Under the pieces are notes generated by a model, which was not told the origin of the DNA, searched no databases, and saw nothing but the letters and a program-made list of their open reading frames with translations. From Paraspadella gotoi (Eukaryota; Animalia; Chaetognatha), in assembly GCA_051294375.1 (NCBI GenBank), contig CM119264.1:29949693-30013692 (forward strand): a stretch of DNA of 64,000 nucleotides. The letters are read 5' to 3'. Within the stretch, counting starts at the first letter, position 1, and the number at the start of each line of letters is the position of its first letter. A program made the position numbers and the translations under genes. Below, one piece after another: positions 49,101 to 61,300 of the stretch.

Positions 49101-51485
49101 CGGGTCGCAATGACGAAGATGACGACGACGGCGTTTCGTCCTCCTCAGAGTCGGAGTGTCGATGTTGCGGAGCTGAAAATGAGCGATTCAAAGTGTAAAG
49201 TTAACATGAGTAACTCGATATTAAGCTTTAAAAGCGTTACCTTTGGATTGCATTTCTTTGGATCTGATGGCCTTCAATTGGTTGACAACTTTGGCCAAAC
49301 TCTTGAGATCTTTTCCTCCACTGTTCCTTTGTTTCTCGAAGCTCTCGTCGTCACGCTCGCGTTTGACGGCGGTGGCGCCACCGAGATGCGACGTCCCGAA
49401 GCCGAGAGGACTGAGGTTGTTGTTCTCACCGTTGGCGTCGCAGCGATCGGGATCGTCGCCGGTGGAGATGGCGGCGCGGGAAGCGGCGAACTTCTCCATC
49501 TGACTCAAGTAGCAGTAACCGGCGGTGCCGGGACCGGCGACCGAAGCACCCCGGGACTCGGCGCGAGAGTCTTTGGCTGAAAAAGATACATTTGTTTGTT
49601 TGTTTCGAAGAAAGCTAAAAAAATGTTTATATAATTGCTACAACCAATATAAAAATTATGCATTATTCAATAAATAATTGCCTCCCGCCTTTAGATAGGC
49701 CGTCATCTTCCTCAAATTTTCATAGCAGGACCCTGCAAGCTTTTAATCAAGACTCAGTCCCAGATACCCGGCTTCCCTATCAATGAAGCCAGTTTAAAGT
49801 TTCTATAAACTCTTTCAAATGTTATAAAAGAACGACTTAAGTTTATATGATTCTCAACCAACCGGAATTAATGGAGGGAGAAGGAGGTTTCCTTTCGCTT
49901 TGTACAGAATCGGATCGCATTCCGGCGGCCAAGCATTTCTGCAATCGGCAGTATTGACATCGATTGCGATGGTGCTTGTTGATGGGACAGTCCATGTTGC
50001 CGCGACATTGGTAGCCGAGGTTTTTACGGATGGACCTCTTGAAAAATCCCTTGCATCCTTCGCAGGAAATGACGCCGTAGTGTCGTCCGGAGGCCTTGTC
50101 CTGAATATTTAATAATATTTCGACTTCTAAGATATTAATATGTATATTTCAACAAAACCTTACACAGACGTTGATAAAGATGATCTTTCTCTGAACAGTA
50201 ACCCTATAGAACTCGTTAATAAATGGACTTATCTTGGCTTTAACCTGAGTAATGACAAGGGGTCCTTATTTGAACCTCGCAAAAAACTCTCATCTTTCTA
50301 TCGATCTAGTAATTGTTTAATTAATGCTTTGTATAAACCATCTGAAGAAGTTGTAACGAAATTGTTTTATACGAATTGTGGCTGTGAGGTAAAATCTTTT
50401 TTGGCTCGAGACATGAACAGAACTTTATTTGTAAGATCTATAGTTCGAAAAATTTAGTTCTAAAAAGATTGAAATAGTTTAATCAATAACATTAACCTTG
50501 TTTTGTCTATAGTGGTAGTTTTCACGCAATCTTTAACTTTGTTTTGTCTTTAATCATGAGATAACGGCCGCCAAAACCACTTTTTATGAGAAAGGAAGTT
50601 GAAATTTCACGAAAAATTCACATTTTCGAGCGATTCTTAGACTTAGGTTCTCTCACCTGACAAACGACGCAAAGATCGACTTTTCGAATTCCTGTAATTG
50701 GATCGACATCATTACCACTCACGACGCCGTTAGTTGTACTCAGGTTCACCGGATGGCCTGAAGTTTAATTTTAACATGTTAGTCAAGATAGCGAGAGTTA
50801 ATTAGTACAATTAGTTGGGTAGACGTAACAAAAAGAATCTCACCGCCGTTCTGAGTCAAACTGGTGAAACGGTGAAGGTCAAGAAAAGATGTGTTGCCGG
50901 AAGCCGCCGCAGCTGCTAAGGCCAATTCTGAAAAGGAAAAATGTATAACAATAATTGAAAAACTGATGTTTTTGTATAAACAAATTAAAAATTGATTAGG
51001 TAACTTCAAGTTACGGTATAACCAACTATAACCATTAACCAAATATTCTAAGAAAACTACTGTTTGACAACGCTACCCTGCAGAACAAATTTAATTTCTG
51101 TAAGTTATCTATTATTATTTAAACAAGTCATAAAATTCTGAAGAGAACTTCGTAGCCTCGCTTAGCCTTGATAGTTTTCACAACAAAAAACCATAAACAA
51201 ATCACACTCAGAGAAACTTATCGACAATGAGACAAAAATCTGGCATCTTCTGTGTCAAGTCAAAAGACTAATTCATACATATTTACTCTAATAGAATATC
51301 CCCAGTTCAAACAGTTTATCACCCCTTCAATCCTCACCCGACTGTCCCGCGGCGGCCAGCAGCTGCAGATTGGCGGAGGCGGAGTTAAGAAGCTGCGCGG
51401 CGTTGACGGCGCCCGGAGACAGCGACAGCGCGGAGCCACCGAGGCTGGAGGGCCGACCGGGCGACGACGCCGACGAAGAAGGCAT
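46170..51485 (-). CDS. NR2C: Nuclear receptor subfamily 2 group C (TR2/TR4-like), about 14 coding exons
   Basis: DBD CVVCQ|[56 protein letters not shown] and T-box [10 protein letters not shown] (~49860-50102). [19 protein letters not shown]...[11 protein letters not shown]...[13 protein letters not shown]...[11 protein letters not shown]. Further exons at 46672-46512 and 46280-46170. Confidence 0.92.
46731..46962. other. GC-rich multi-hairpin element in an NR2C intron
   Basis: Stems GGCGGT/ACCGCC, AGCCAA/TTGGCT, GGAACAC/GTGTTCC, AGAGGG/CCCTCT, TTGGC/GCCAA and GGCAACC/GGTTGCC. Confidence 0.5.
50160..50455 (+). mobile_element. Non-LTR retrotransposon (LINE) RT C-terminal fragment in an NR2C intron
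   Basis: [22 protein letters not shown]...FYRSSN...KLFYTNC(..)GCE resembles the YLG and post-RT region of LINE ORF2. Confidence 0.65.
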
Positions 51486-51814
51486 TTCCGGCGTCGGGAG
51501 AATTCAGAAATGCCGGGTTTTTTTTTTGGTTTTTTTTCAGGACGAAGGACACTTTGCTGACCACTTTATCGTCTGCTTCGCGCGTTTATTTATTTTTTTT
51601 TATAGATCTTAGCTTCAGTTTGTTAAGTATGAATTTTTCTCCAAGCAGAACGAGAAAATAAAGGCACTGAGGCTTAGGGAATGTAGTCTCCTTGTCGGAG
51701 GCGACGTAATGTCATCTCGGATCGGAAGCCGAAGCGAAGAAGACGACGTCTCGCTCTCGCTCGTCCTTGGCGCATAATCCTGCGGAGAAAACGAGTAGAG
51801 AACGAATGGGAATG

Positions 51815-51873
<59 letters not shown>

Positions 51874-52353
51874 GAGGGCGCGAATGCGAGGAAGAGAGGG
51901 AGGAGAGGGGGTAGAGGGCGAGAGGAGGGGGCCGCGTGACCTTAGGAGTTACCATTGAGGAGGAGGAGGAGGAGGAGCGGAGGGCAGCGAAGAAAAAAGA
52001 AGTGGGTGAAACTGAGGGTTCGTCCAGGGTCACGAGCGAATCCCCGAAGCTTCAAAACGCAAGCTTCGGCTCGAAGGCCGCAGATGATGACGATGGCGGC
52101 CAGATATTTCTTTCGACTTCGACGGAAATCGAGCGACGATATTTTTAAACTAAGGAAACTTGACTTTTTTTTGCTCGACTTTGTTCGCATTAAAAATTTA
52201 ATTTCCTTCTTTTTAAACTTTTAGTAGCGCAACAGTTTTTTCTTCTTTTTTTCTCTTAACGGTTCGCTGCACAAAAATAAGAAAATTCCTGAACAATTGA
52301 AAGAATGGCGGAAAAATAGGAAAAAAAGTTGCGACTTGCGAAGCAATGACTCA

Positions 52354-52419
<66 letters not shown>

Positions 52420-52729
52420 AGGGAGACTGAGACGAGTAAAGGTGGAAGGCCAAGGGCGGCGGATCGAGGGCAGAAAATCGGGATTGAGGAACACAACATT
52501 GACGTCATCCGTTTTTCTCTGGCCTCCGGAGATTGGAGAGTAACATCGTTAACGCCACGGGGGAAGTGAGAGACGAGAGGGTCATCCAGCCCGAACATGA
52601 GCTTTTAAAATCGACAAAGAAATATTAATTATAACGATGCGGAGATTTTTCTTATTCACCGTCGGAGAGAGGAGAGGAGATCTCTCTCTCTCTCCCTCTC
52701 TCTCTCTGAAAAGCGCGTAATACAAGAAT

Positions 52730-53404
52730 ACGTTGATGACCCCGTCACCTTTTCGGGTTCAGCGCATCGGGTCAGGTCTGAAAAATAGGCCAGGTTAAGA
52801 AGAGGAGTTGCTCGGGGCTCGGGCAACAGTACCATTCCGACGTGTGTCTTGCGTGCGTGCGTGCGCATGTGACGCTATTTCTCCATCTCTCTCTCTCTCT
52901 TACATCTTTCTCCATTAATGTTTCGCAACAATTCCTGGCCGTGAGCGCCCTCTTCTCAGACGCCATCGAGCAAAGGTTGCAGCGGGAAAAAAATAATTTT
53001 CCAGCGGCAAAAACCTTCCTCATTAGCCAACGGAGCTAAAGGTCATTCTTTCGATGACTAAAAACGAAGGAGATGAGAGAGAGATGAGAGAGATGAGAGA
53101 GAGATTTGTTTTCTTTTTTTCCTTCGTATTTTTCACCGCAAATTTAGGTTTCGATTCGCTGACGATGACTATTTCGTTGTCATGGAAACCGGGTCCGAAA
53201 TCCCGAGGGACGAAGCCGTCGCAGGGCGATGAGAGAAAAAATGAAGAAAAGGGAAGAAAAAGGAAGAAAAAGGAAAAGGTGGAGGTCATTCGGTCGTCGA
53301 GGAGAAACTTGGACGCATAATCGCCCTCCGGGAGTTTGAGCGAATCAGCGGGAGGGTAGAGGGGCCCCTCCTCGGAGACAAGAAGAACGCCGAAAGGGAA
53401 AACC

Positions 53405-53447
<43 letters not shown>

Positions 53448-53865
53448 ATGATAAAAAGAAAATCGTGGATTTGAAGATCTCTCAATGTCGATAGCGAATA
53501 ACGGAAAGAATTTTTTTTTAATTACAAATTGACCACCTGACCTTTTTTCGCCGTGAGTGACTTGGGTAACGAGATAAAAAAATCGAAGACATAATCAATC
53601 TGGATCGTGAGAGAGAGAGCGCGTATGCAAATCTCCGCGGTGGGAGATGAGAGAGAGAGCGAGAGGCTAAAGTCACAGCTTACCTCCGGTGGTCACTCGA
53701 GTGCGACCAAATAAAACTGGTGGTTAACGATCGATCTCATCCGGAAGGTAAAATCCGAAAATGATGACGATGAGTGCAGAGAGAGAGAGAGAAGAAGTCA
53801 CGAGAGATTCGGAGAAATAAGTCGAATGTTTATTATTTCAGAAAAGAGAGTAGAAGATGAGAGGA

Positions 53866-53914
<49 letters not shown>

Positions 53915-56900
53915 GAAATTCGAATCTTTACTCGATTTGAGATTCAACCCGACGAAACCGCAACCTTGGATGCAGCATTGAACTCGAATCGATCGCAAAT
54001 CACGTTATACAATATAGAGTATATTATACATAGTAATATATAGTATACACATTTTTAAAAAATAGAACCACGGAATCTAGATTGATTATTTAATCCCAAA
54101 TATTGTATATTAGTAATTTAGTTGATAAGGCATGAGATAAATACAAAAGATCAATTAGATTCGCCTTTAAATCTCGAAAAACAAGAATATCCAACTTAGA
54201 AATCAGATTGTGTGATTTTTAGCATATAATACAATATTGTCGACAGAATTATAGAATTACGTAACGTGATAAAACCTTTTTCGAAAACGAGAAATAGGAA
54301 AGTAAATTCGAGGAAGCATTAATCCTGGCTGCTTTTGCCGCTTTGGCCACTCGACCTTCTCTATAGGTCAGAGTTCAACTCCGAAAGGGCAACCGGCCTG
54401 TCTAAGCCGAGGTTGCTCTGCTTGTCACTCGATCCTGGATTGGACGAACCTCGTCGACGACGGCCTCTCATTGGCCGCCGAAATGTAAGGCGCGTCAGAG
54501 TCACGACCTTTAAACTCTCTCTCTCTCTCTCAGCGTTCGAGATCTGCCATTGTTCTCTTCCTTAAGAATGGAGGCTATAAGATCGCGTAACTTCAGTCTT
54601 CAATCTTCAGTATTCCGACGGGCAATATATAAGTATGCGGGACAGGAGAAGAAAAAAAAATAAGAGGTTCATATATATGAGAAATAAGACCCGACCCGTT
54701 CGCAATATTTATGAAGATGAGGTCGAGGATCTAGGGATAAGAAAAAAACAAGAAGATTTCGAACCGACGCTTTTCAAACCGACGAAGCTTTTCTCTCGCC
54801 GACAACCGAGCGCGCGGGTTTGAAAACCTTGGCCGAAGGTTTAGGAGAGGCTCTCTCTCTCTCTCTCTCATTCGCTCTTTTTTTTTTTCGCTCGCTTTTG
54901 TGTCGAGGCGAAATTCAAAGCAACGAGTTGAACTTTGAATCCCGAGGTTGAGGTCTTTGAATTGCCTCTTCATTCTCTCTCTCTCTAAGAGAGCGAGACT
55001 CCCGCTGCGTGACCTCGCCAAAAACCAAATCCAACTTTTTCAAACGAAAAAATAAAATTGTCTGAAAGGCTAAGGGAGGTGGGAGGGTCGCATGGCTTTT
55101 TTTTGCTGAAAGAAATGAATCTGTATAATCGTGAAGACGAAGATTGTTGAGAGCAAATAACTTGGTCCAAGATGAAAAGCTAACTGCGTGAACCTTTGAA
55201 CCTTTGACCCCCGCGCCGAGTTTCGGCAGGAAGCGTTGTTGGCATAAGATCCAGTCCTGGGATTTAGAGAGGTCACGGGGTCAACGCGTCCGACATCGGG
55301 AGGAGAAAACGATGACCAATCAGGATGTAAGGATCGAAAAATCAATCATGTAATCAATGGCAAAACTAAACGCAATTATTTTGAAAAAACATAACAGAAA
55401 CCCAAACTGTGGCCCTTCCCTTGAAAAAAAAATTCATTCCCAACTTTTTATCTAAAAGGTTTGAAACGCCAACCTTTAAAAAAAATGAAGAGAGTTAAAA
55501 GGTTTTCTCTTTCTTGTTGGTCTCTTGGTGCCAGTCGCTCCCTCCTGGGGTTCAGTCAGGGTCACAAACAACAATCCAAGCTTTTTACCAACTCGATCGA
55601 GGAATGAACTCCGGGTCAAAACAACATCCAGATTTTATCTTTATTTTAAAAGGCCTTTGCGTGGTATGAGAATGGGAAAGGGAAAGGGGGAAGTTTATAT
55701 TCTTTTTTATCAGTGAATAAAAGTCGGCCCTTGGAGATTTAGAGTTTTTGAAAATCCAAATTACAATGGGTGTGAGAGAGTGATGCGGAAAGTTATTTCT
55801 CAAAATATTTGGAGCCATAATTACGCTTTAACCGTATGAAATTGGTACAACCATTATAAAAATTATCCATTCATTTAATAAATAAGCTATCTTGCCCCTG
55901 ACTTTGGTGGTTTAAGGCCTCCATCACTCTTACAAGATAATGACAGTCTTGATTGAAAGCTTGCAGTGACCTGCTCTCTCACAGTCTCGTTTATTCACCT
56001 GGGATATTATATATATTTTAATTAAAACTATAAACTGGGAAAGTATCCACCACTTCAAATGGTAAGTAGTCAAAGTTGATAATTACCTTCGGTAGTTTTA
56101 GGACGAGGTATTAAATATACTACAAAGGAATAATAAAATTTTCGATGGAGGAAAAGCGAGGAAAAAAATTCAATGAAGGAATAAAGGGTAAAATATGTCT
56201 AATGAAAAAAGAAACAAAAGGGAAAAAAATAAAGAAATAAAGATTATGGAAATAAGGATATCAATCACAAAAAAAATGGGAACAGCTAAGCACAAAAAAC
56301 AACAAGTTAGTATTTCAATTTTCCAAAATTAATTGAAAAAATTTTAAGGTTTTTTGTATCAAAGGAAAAAAAACGGCGAAAATCGCGTGACACGAATCCG
56401 CGCGGCCGGAAAAACGCGGGCAGTGAAAGGGGGGGCGGGGGAAGCCGAGCGGTCGATACGCGACCTTTCGCGTGGACGGGGTCGCGACCTTTGCGCCTCG
56501 CCGCGGGAAAAGCGGAGAAAAAACGGGGAAGGAAAATCGTTGGAAACGAGTGAGACGGAGGAACGATGAGACGGTGGAGAGAGAGTGAGACGGGGTGTTG
56601 AGATGATATTAGGGAATCGATGTGAAAAGTACAGTTTATCTTTATTAAGTTTTAAACATACATTATGAAGATGTAACTAACCTGATTGAGAATGAAGCGA
56701 GCGAGGAATGAAAACCCAGTTGTGAATCTTTCTCCGCCGAGAAAAGGTTTAACGACGAGATTGACGGAGAAGCGCAGATGTCCTTTTTTTGGGTGAAAAT
56801 CGGGAAATTGAAGCGACGATGGCGTCTCGTTCTCTGTCGTTGAGAGTCCGAGAGTGAAGAGTAAAGCCAGAGAGAGAGAGAGAATAGCGAGAGAATCGCC

Positions 56901-57730
56901 GAGGAAAAGACTGGAAGAGGGGGAAAGGGAGGGAGGGAAACGAGAAAGACAAATCCGAGAGGAAGAGTAGAATCTGCAACGAAAAGATTTGATAAGGTTT
57001 TAATATTATAATATTAAAACCTTATTTTAATATTAATAAATTTAATATTATTTAATTTTAATTATAAAATTATAAATATTTTTAAATATAAATTTAAATT
57101 AATTTTTATTTTTAAAAAAATATTATTTAATAATTATAAAATATTTTAAATAAAATATAAAATTTAATTTTAAATATTATTAAATATTTATAATTTTTTT
57201 TATTTTTACTCTCACCGACCGAGGTTAAAAAAAGGTTTGGTTAAAAATAATTTAAAAATAATTTAAAATTAAATATAATTAAAAATAATTAAGGTTAAAA
57301 AAGTTTAGGGTTAAAGTAATTAAATAATATTCTTTTATTTTTTTTTAAATAAATATTTATAAAAATTATTTAAAAACCGCCTAAACCATGATCAGCGAAA
57401 TAAAAATTTAACTATTTTTTATATATTTTATATAAAATTTCAAAAAACTTATTTAAAAATTATAGAGAAAGAACAGATTCTACTCTTCCACCTTTCATTC
57501 TTTCCTTTTTGCAAAAGCTTGATCACAGTTCTGTTGATGCAGCGGCCATTAGCTCCGCCTCTCTACGACCGCGTCCGACCAATGAGGAAAGGAGAATTCG
57601 ACGAAGCGACCAATCGCGAATCTGGAAAAGTCCGACGACGCGGAGGGCACTCGAGGGCAGCCAAAGGTCACAAGCAAAGGTCAGTCCAGTCTATTCTGCG
57701 CCACTTTGCCGGTTCGAAAGGTCAAAGCTG
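52730..57730. promoter_or_regulatory. Upstream regulatory region of the NR2C gene with clustered RGKTCA nuclear-receptor elements and CCAAT boxes
   Basis: DR1 at 54365-54377; DR2 at 55189-55210 (three half-sites) and 55270-55283; DR4 at 55549-55564; AGGTCA at 57665, 57678 and 57719; CCAAT at ~57579 and ~57610. Confidence 0.55.
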
Positions 57731-58306
57731 CCCGTTGACGACCGACCAGGGAGGAGGACGAGGAAGGACGAGGAAGGACGATCGATGGAAAACACGAAGA
57801 GAGGAAGAGAGACAGAGAGAGAGAGAGACAGAGCGCTCTTTCCATTCATTCTCAGAAAAGGAAAAAGGGTAGGAGGGGAAAGGGGGCAACCGGGAGACTA
57901 GGCGGCGTGAAAGATGAAAATCGCTTTTAGAGATTTTCAAGTCGAACATGATTTTGAGAAAATGACTTGAAGATAAATGGGTAAAATGGCGCGCGATCAA
58001 TCCTAGTAAGATCAGCATAGTTATTTTTAATATCAAAAAAGGTTTAATTATAACTAGATAATGAGGAACGATAGGTTATTTTAACTCTTTGAATTTTTTA
58101 TGAAAAGAATGCAGATATACGCGAACAGAAGATATATTATTGTTAATCGTAACGTTCAACGTTTTAGCAGGAATGTCTTAACTATGAAGAGTGGAGACTG
58201 GAGAGGGGGGGGAGGGCAAACGGCGATTGACTGAAACTAAAAATTAAACAATAACAATAAAATCAAAATTCGTTTCTTAGTTTAACTTGTTCGTAAAAGA
58301 TGGAAA

Positions 58307-61300
58307 TCACTCGGACGCTTCTTCTTCGTCGGAAACTTCCTTTCTTCTTCTTTTTTGTTTCTTGTGTTTTTTGTGTTTCGAAGACGACTTCTCTTCTTCC
58401 TCTTCCCTCTCTCCTCTCTCTCCTCTCTTTCGACCCTCTCTATTTCTCTCCCTCTCATCGTCGTCGTCGTCGTCCTCGTCGTCGCTGTGGTTCGTCCGTC
58501 GACGGTAATGAGGGTGGGCGCGGGCGCCGTCTTCGCCGTAGTGATAGCCTCGCTTGAAAAAGTAGGGTCGTCGATCCTGTTTGTGGCGGGGAATGGTAAG
58601 TTTACAGCAAGTGGATCATCTTCGCTCTTCCAAACTGCCGATCGAACTTGCCTCCATAAAGAATCCTCTTCCTCTGGCCCGACCTCTGAGGAACTCTTGA
58701 GGGATCGGGATTGGTCGATCCATCGGCACCGGCGGAAGTCGCTTCGGTCGACGTCGTTTCGAATCCTCTTCGTCAGAGTCGGTGGTGTCGACGTCAGTGT
58801 CGTATCCGTCGTCGTCTTCGTCGTCGCGTCTCTTCCGGTGACGATCCCGACGAGACTTTCCGCGTCGCTTCTCGTCAGAGTCTTCGTCGCTGTCGTCGCT
58901 GGTTTGGGGGGAAAAGAATGAGTGGATCAATGGAGGAGCGAGGATTCATTCCTGCATTTCTTTCATAATTCTGAGCTCACGTGATCACAAGTTCAATCAC
59001 ACGACCACTAATTTAATAGGTCATAATTTATGTAACCCTTATTCATTTTAAAGAGGTTAGGTATCATAAAACGGTTGTTGTGCCTATGCGTCGGATGAGT
59101 GAAATTACAAGTTAGAAATACGGTCACGTGATCCGAAAGTCAATGCGTTTACATATTACTTAATTAATTTAGTTAATACTTTACAAAAAAGTGATCACCA
59201 TAAGAGGCAAGTTGTGCATATATTTAACACTTGTAATCATCTGGAAAAGCGTGTCCGTAAACAAGTCAATTCGGAGCAAGAGAGAAATTGCCGCGTCTTG
59301 TTTTTGCTCACCTATTACTCAACCTCCCATCCTCTTCTCCGCCGTACTCGGACATCCTGTAGTACTTTCGCATGAAAGCCTCGTCGCGATATGGCCCCGT
59401 TGGGGGAGCGCCTTTGAAGAAGCCTCGGAATCCGCGCGCTCGGAATCCGCGGAAGAATCGGCCGCGTCCTCGACCGCGCGGGTTGTCGTGGAATTCGGGA
59501 TTGTATTTGCCGAAGACGTTTCGTCCACGTCCTCGATTCTGGATTAAATTTGGACAATAATTTCTAATTATTATTATTAGTTATGAGTTTGTTATTAGTT
59601 ATTATGAATAATAACAAATTGAACATTTACCTGGTATTGTAATTGTATTGTAATTCATATTCAATTGAACATTTACCTGGTATTGTTTGTACGTAAGGCC
59701 ACGCCCTCTACCGGCTGTCGTGGGGTTCTTGTTTTCAGATACGGACACCCCGTACAAGAGCGTGGGATGTTCATCCGCCACTTCTGTGAATTGAAAGAGG
59801 CATTGGCTTATTGAGCGTACGATGCAACGTACAACTTTTTAAAAGACGAAACTGTGGACTTTTTTACCATTGGCGATTTTGTCGATTATTTCTCGATCAA
59901 ACTCGTCTTCTTTTTTTCCTTCTTGACGCTCGGGGCTTTTCTGAGAATCCTGGTCATGAAAATAAAACCGTTATTATTATTAATATTATTATTATTATTA
60001 CTTAACTATCACTGATCCCCCTCTCACCTCCGAAACCGTCTCCAAATCCGACTCCTCGCTCTCTCTCTTCCGTCGACTCCTACTCCGACTCTTTCTCTCC
60101 CTCTCCGTCTCTCTCTCCCTCTTCTTCTCCTCTCTCTTCTTCTCTCCCGATCGCCTCCGTCTTTCCTCGTCGCCCTCGACGGCCTTCTTCGCCGGGTGGA
60201 GAGATTTGGATCCGGATGCCGATCTCTCTCTCTCTTCCTTTTGTCTCTCTTCGAAGAAAGTCTCTCGCGCGAGAACGCCGTGGCTGGCGACGCGTCTGAT
60301 CAAGAGAGAAGAAAGAATGAAAAACGAATTGACTCGTCTCAAACATCTCGACGATACCTTGGTTTCCTCGCCTTCTTAGCTTCGTCCGGTGGGTGAACAA
60401 CGGCAGCGGGAACGATGGCCACCGAAGCGGCGCTAGAAAGTTTCCCGCCTTTGACCTACGAAGAAACATTTTTTTTAAATACTTTATTAAAATTGTTAGA
60501 AATCACTAATAAAATGATTGGGAAGCCAAGATGAGACCCCGATCGGGCAAATATCATCCCACAACGACTACTGACTTGTAGCTCGAGTCGAGCTTTTTCC
60601 CTGTTGATCTCCTTCTGCTTCTCCTGCTGCGCCTTCATCTTAAGCACGAGGCGTTTCTTGAAGACCTCTTCCATCTCCAACAGTTTCTTGCGACGCTTCT
60701 CTTCTCGCCGCAACTTTCTCGCTTCCTCCTTCAATTGTTGCTGCGCCGCATTTTCGATTTCCTTCTTTTTCATTTCCTCGAGTTTCTGTGGCGCAACGAA
60801 AGGGATATACTCGATATTATTTTTTACCCACTAAAGTTAATTTGACTGAAATAGGGTATGAAGAATACATCGTAGCTTAACACTAACCTGCATTCGATCC
60901 TCGACTTGCTCCTGATGTTTGATGAGACGAATTCGATTAAACAATTCCTCCAACAAACGGATCGTTTCCAACTTTCGAGAGGCGATCAATATTTTTCGCT
61001 CCTGCGAAATTAAAGAGACCAAATATTTTAGTATAATAAAATGTTAAGTAATTTAAGTAATGTAACATTTAAATTTTCCGACTCACTTCTGTGGCGATTT
61101 TGATGGCGATTTTCTGTTCCATCCTCTTCTGCCTCCTCTTCTCTTCCCTCCTCAGTCTCTTCGCTAAGTTCTCGTGGATTTCCTCCAACTTTTGTCGCTC
61201 CTTTGTCAACGCCGCCTCCTCGTAGCGACGCGCTTCTTCCTCGCGGCGTCTCAAGAGAAAATAAGTAACAATAAGTACATTTAAATAGTAATATATTAAA

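Noticed and set aside
56990-57470. Extremely AT-rich island resembling organellar DNA or a replication origin
   Set aside because: No recognisable gene or tRNA; low-complexity intron/UTR sequence, possibly low-quality consensus.
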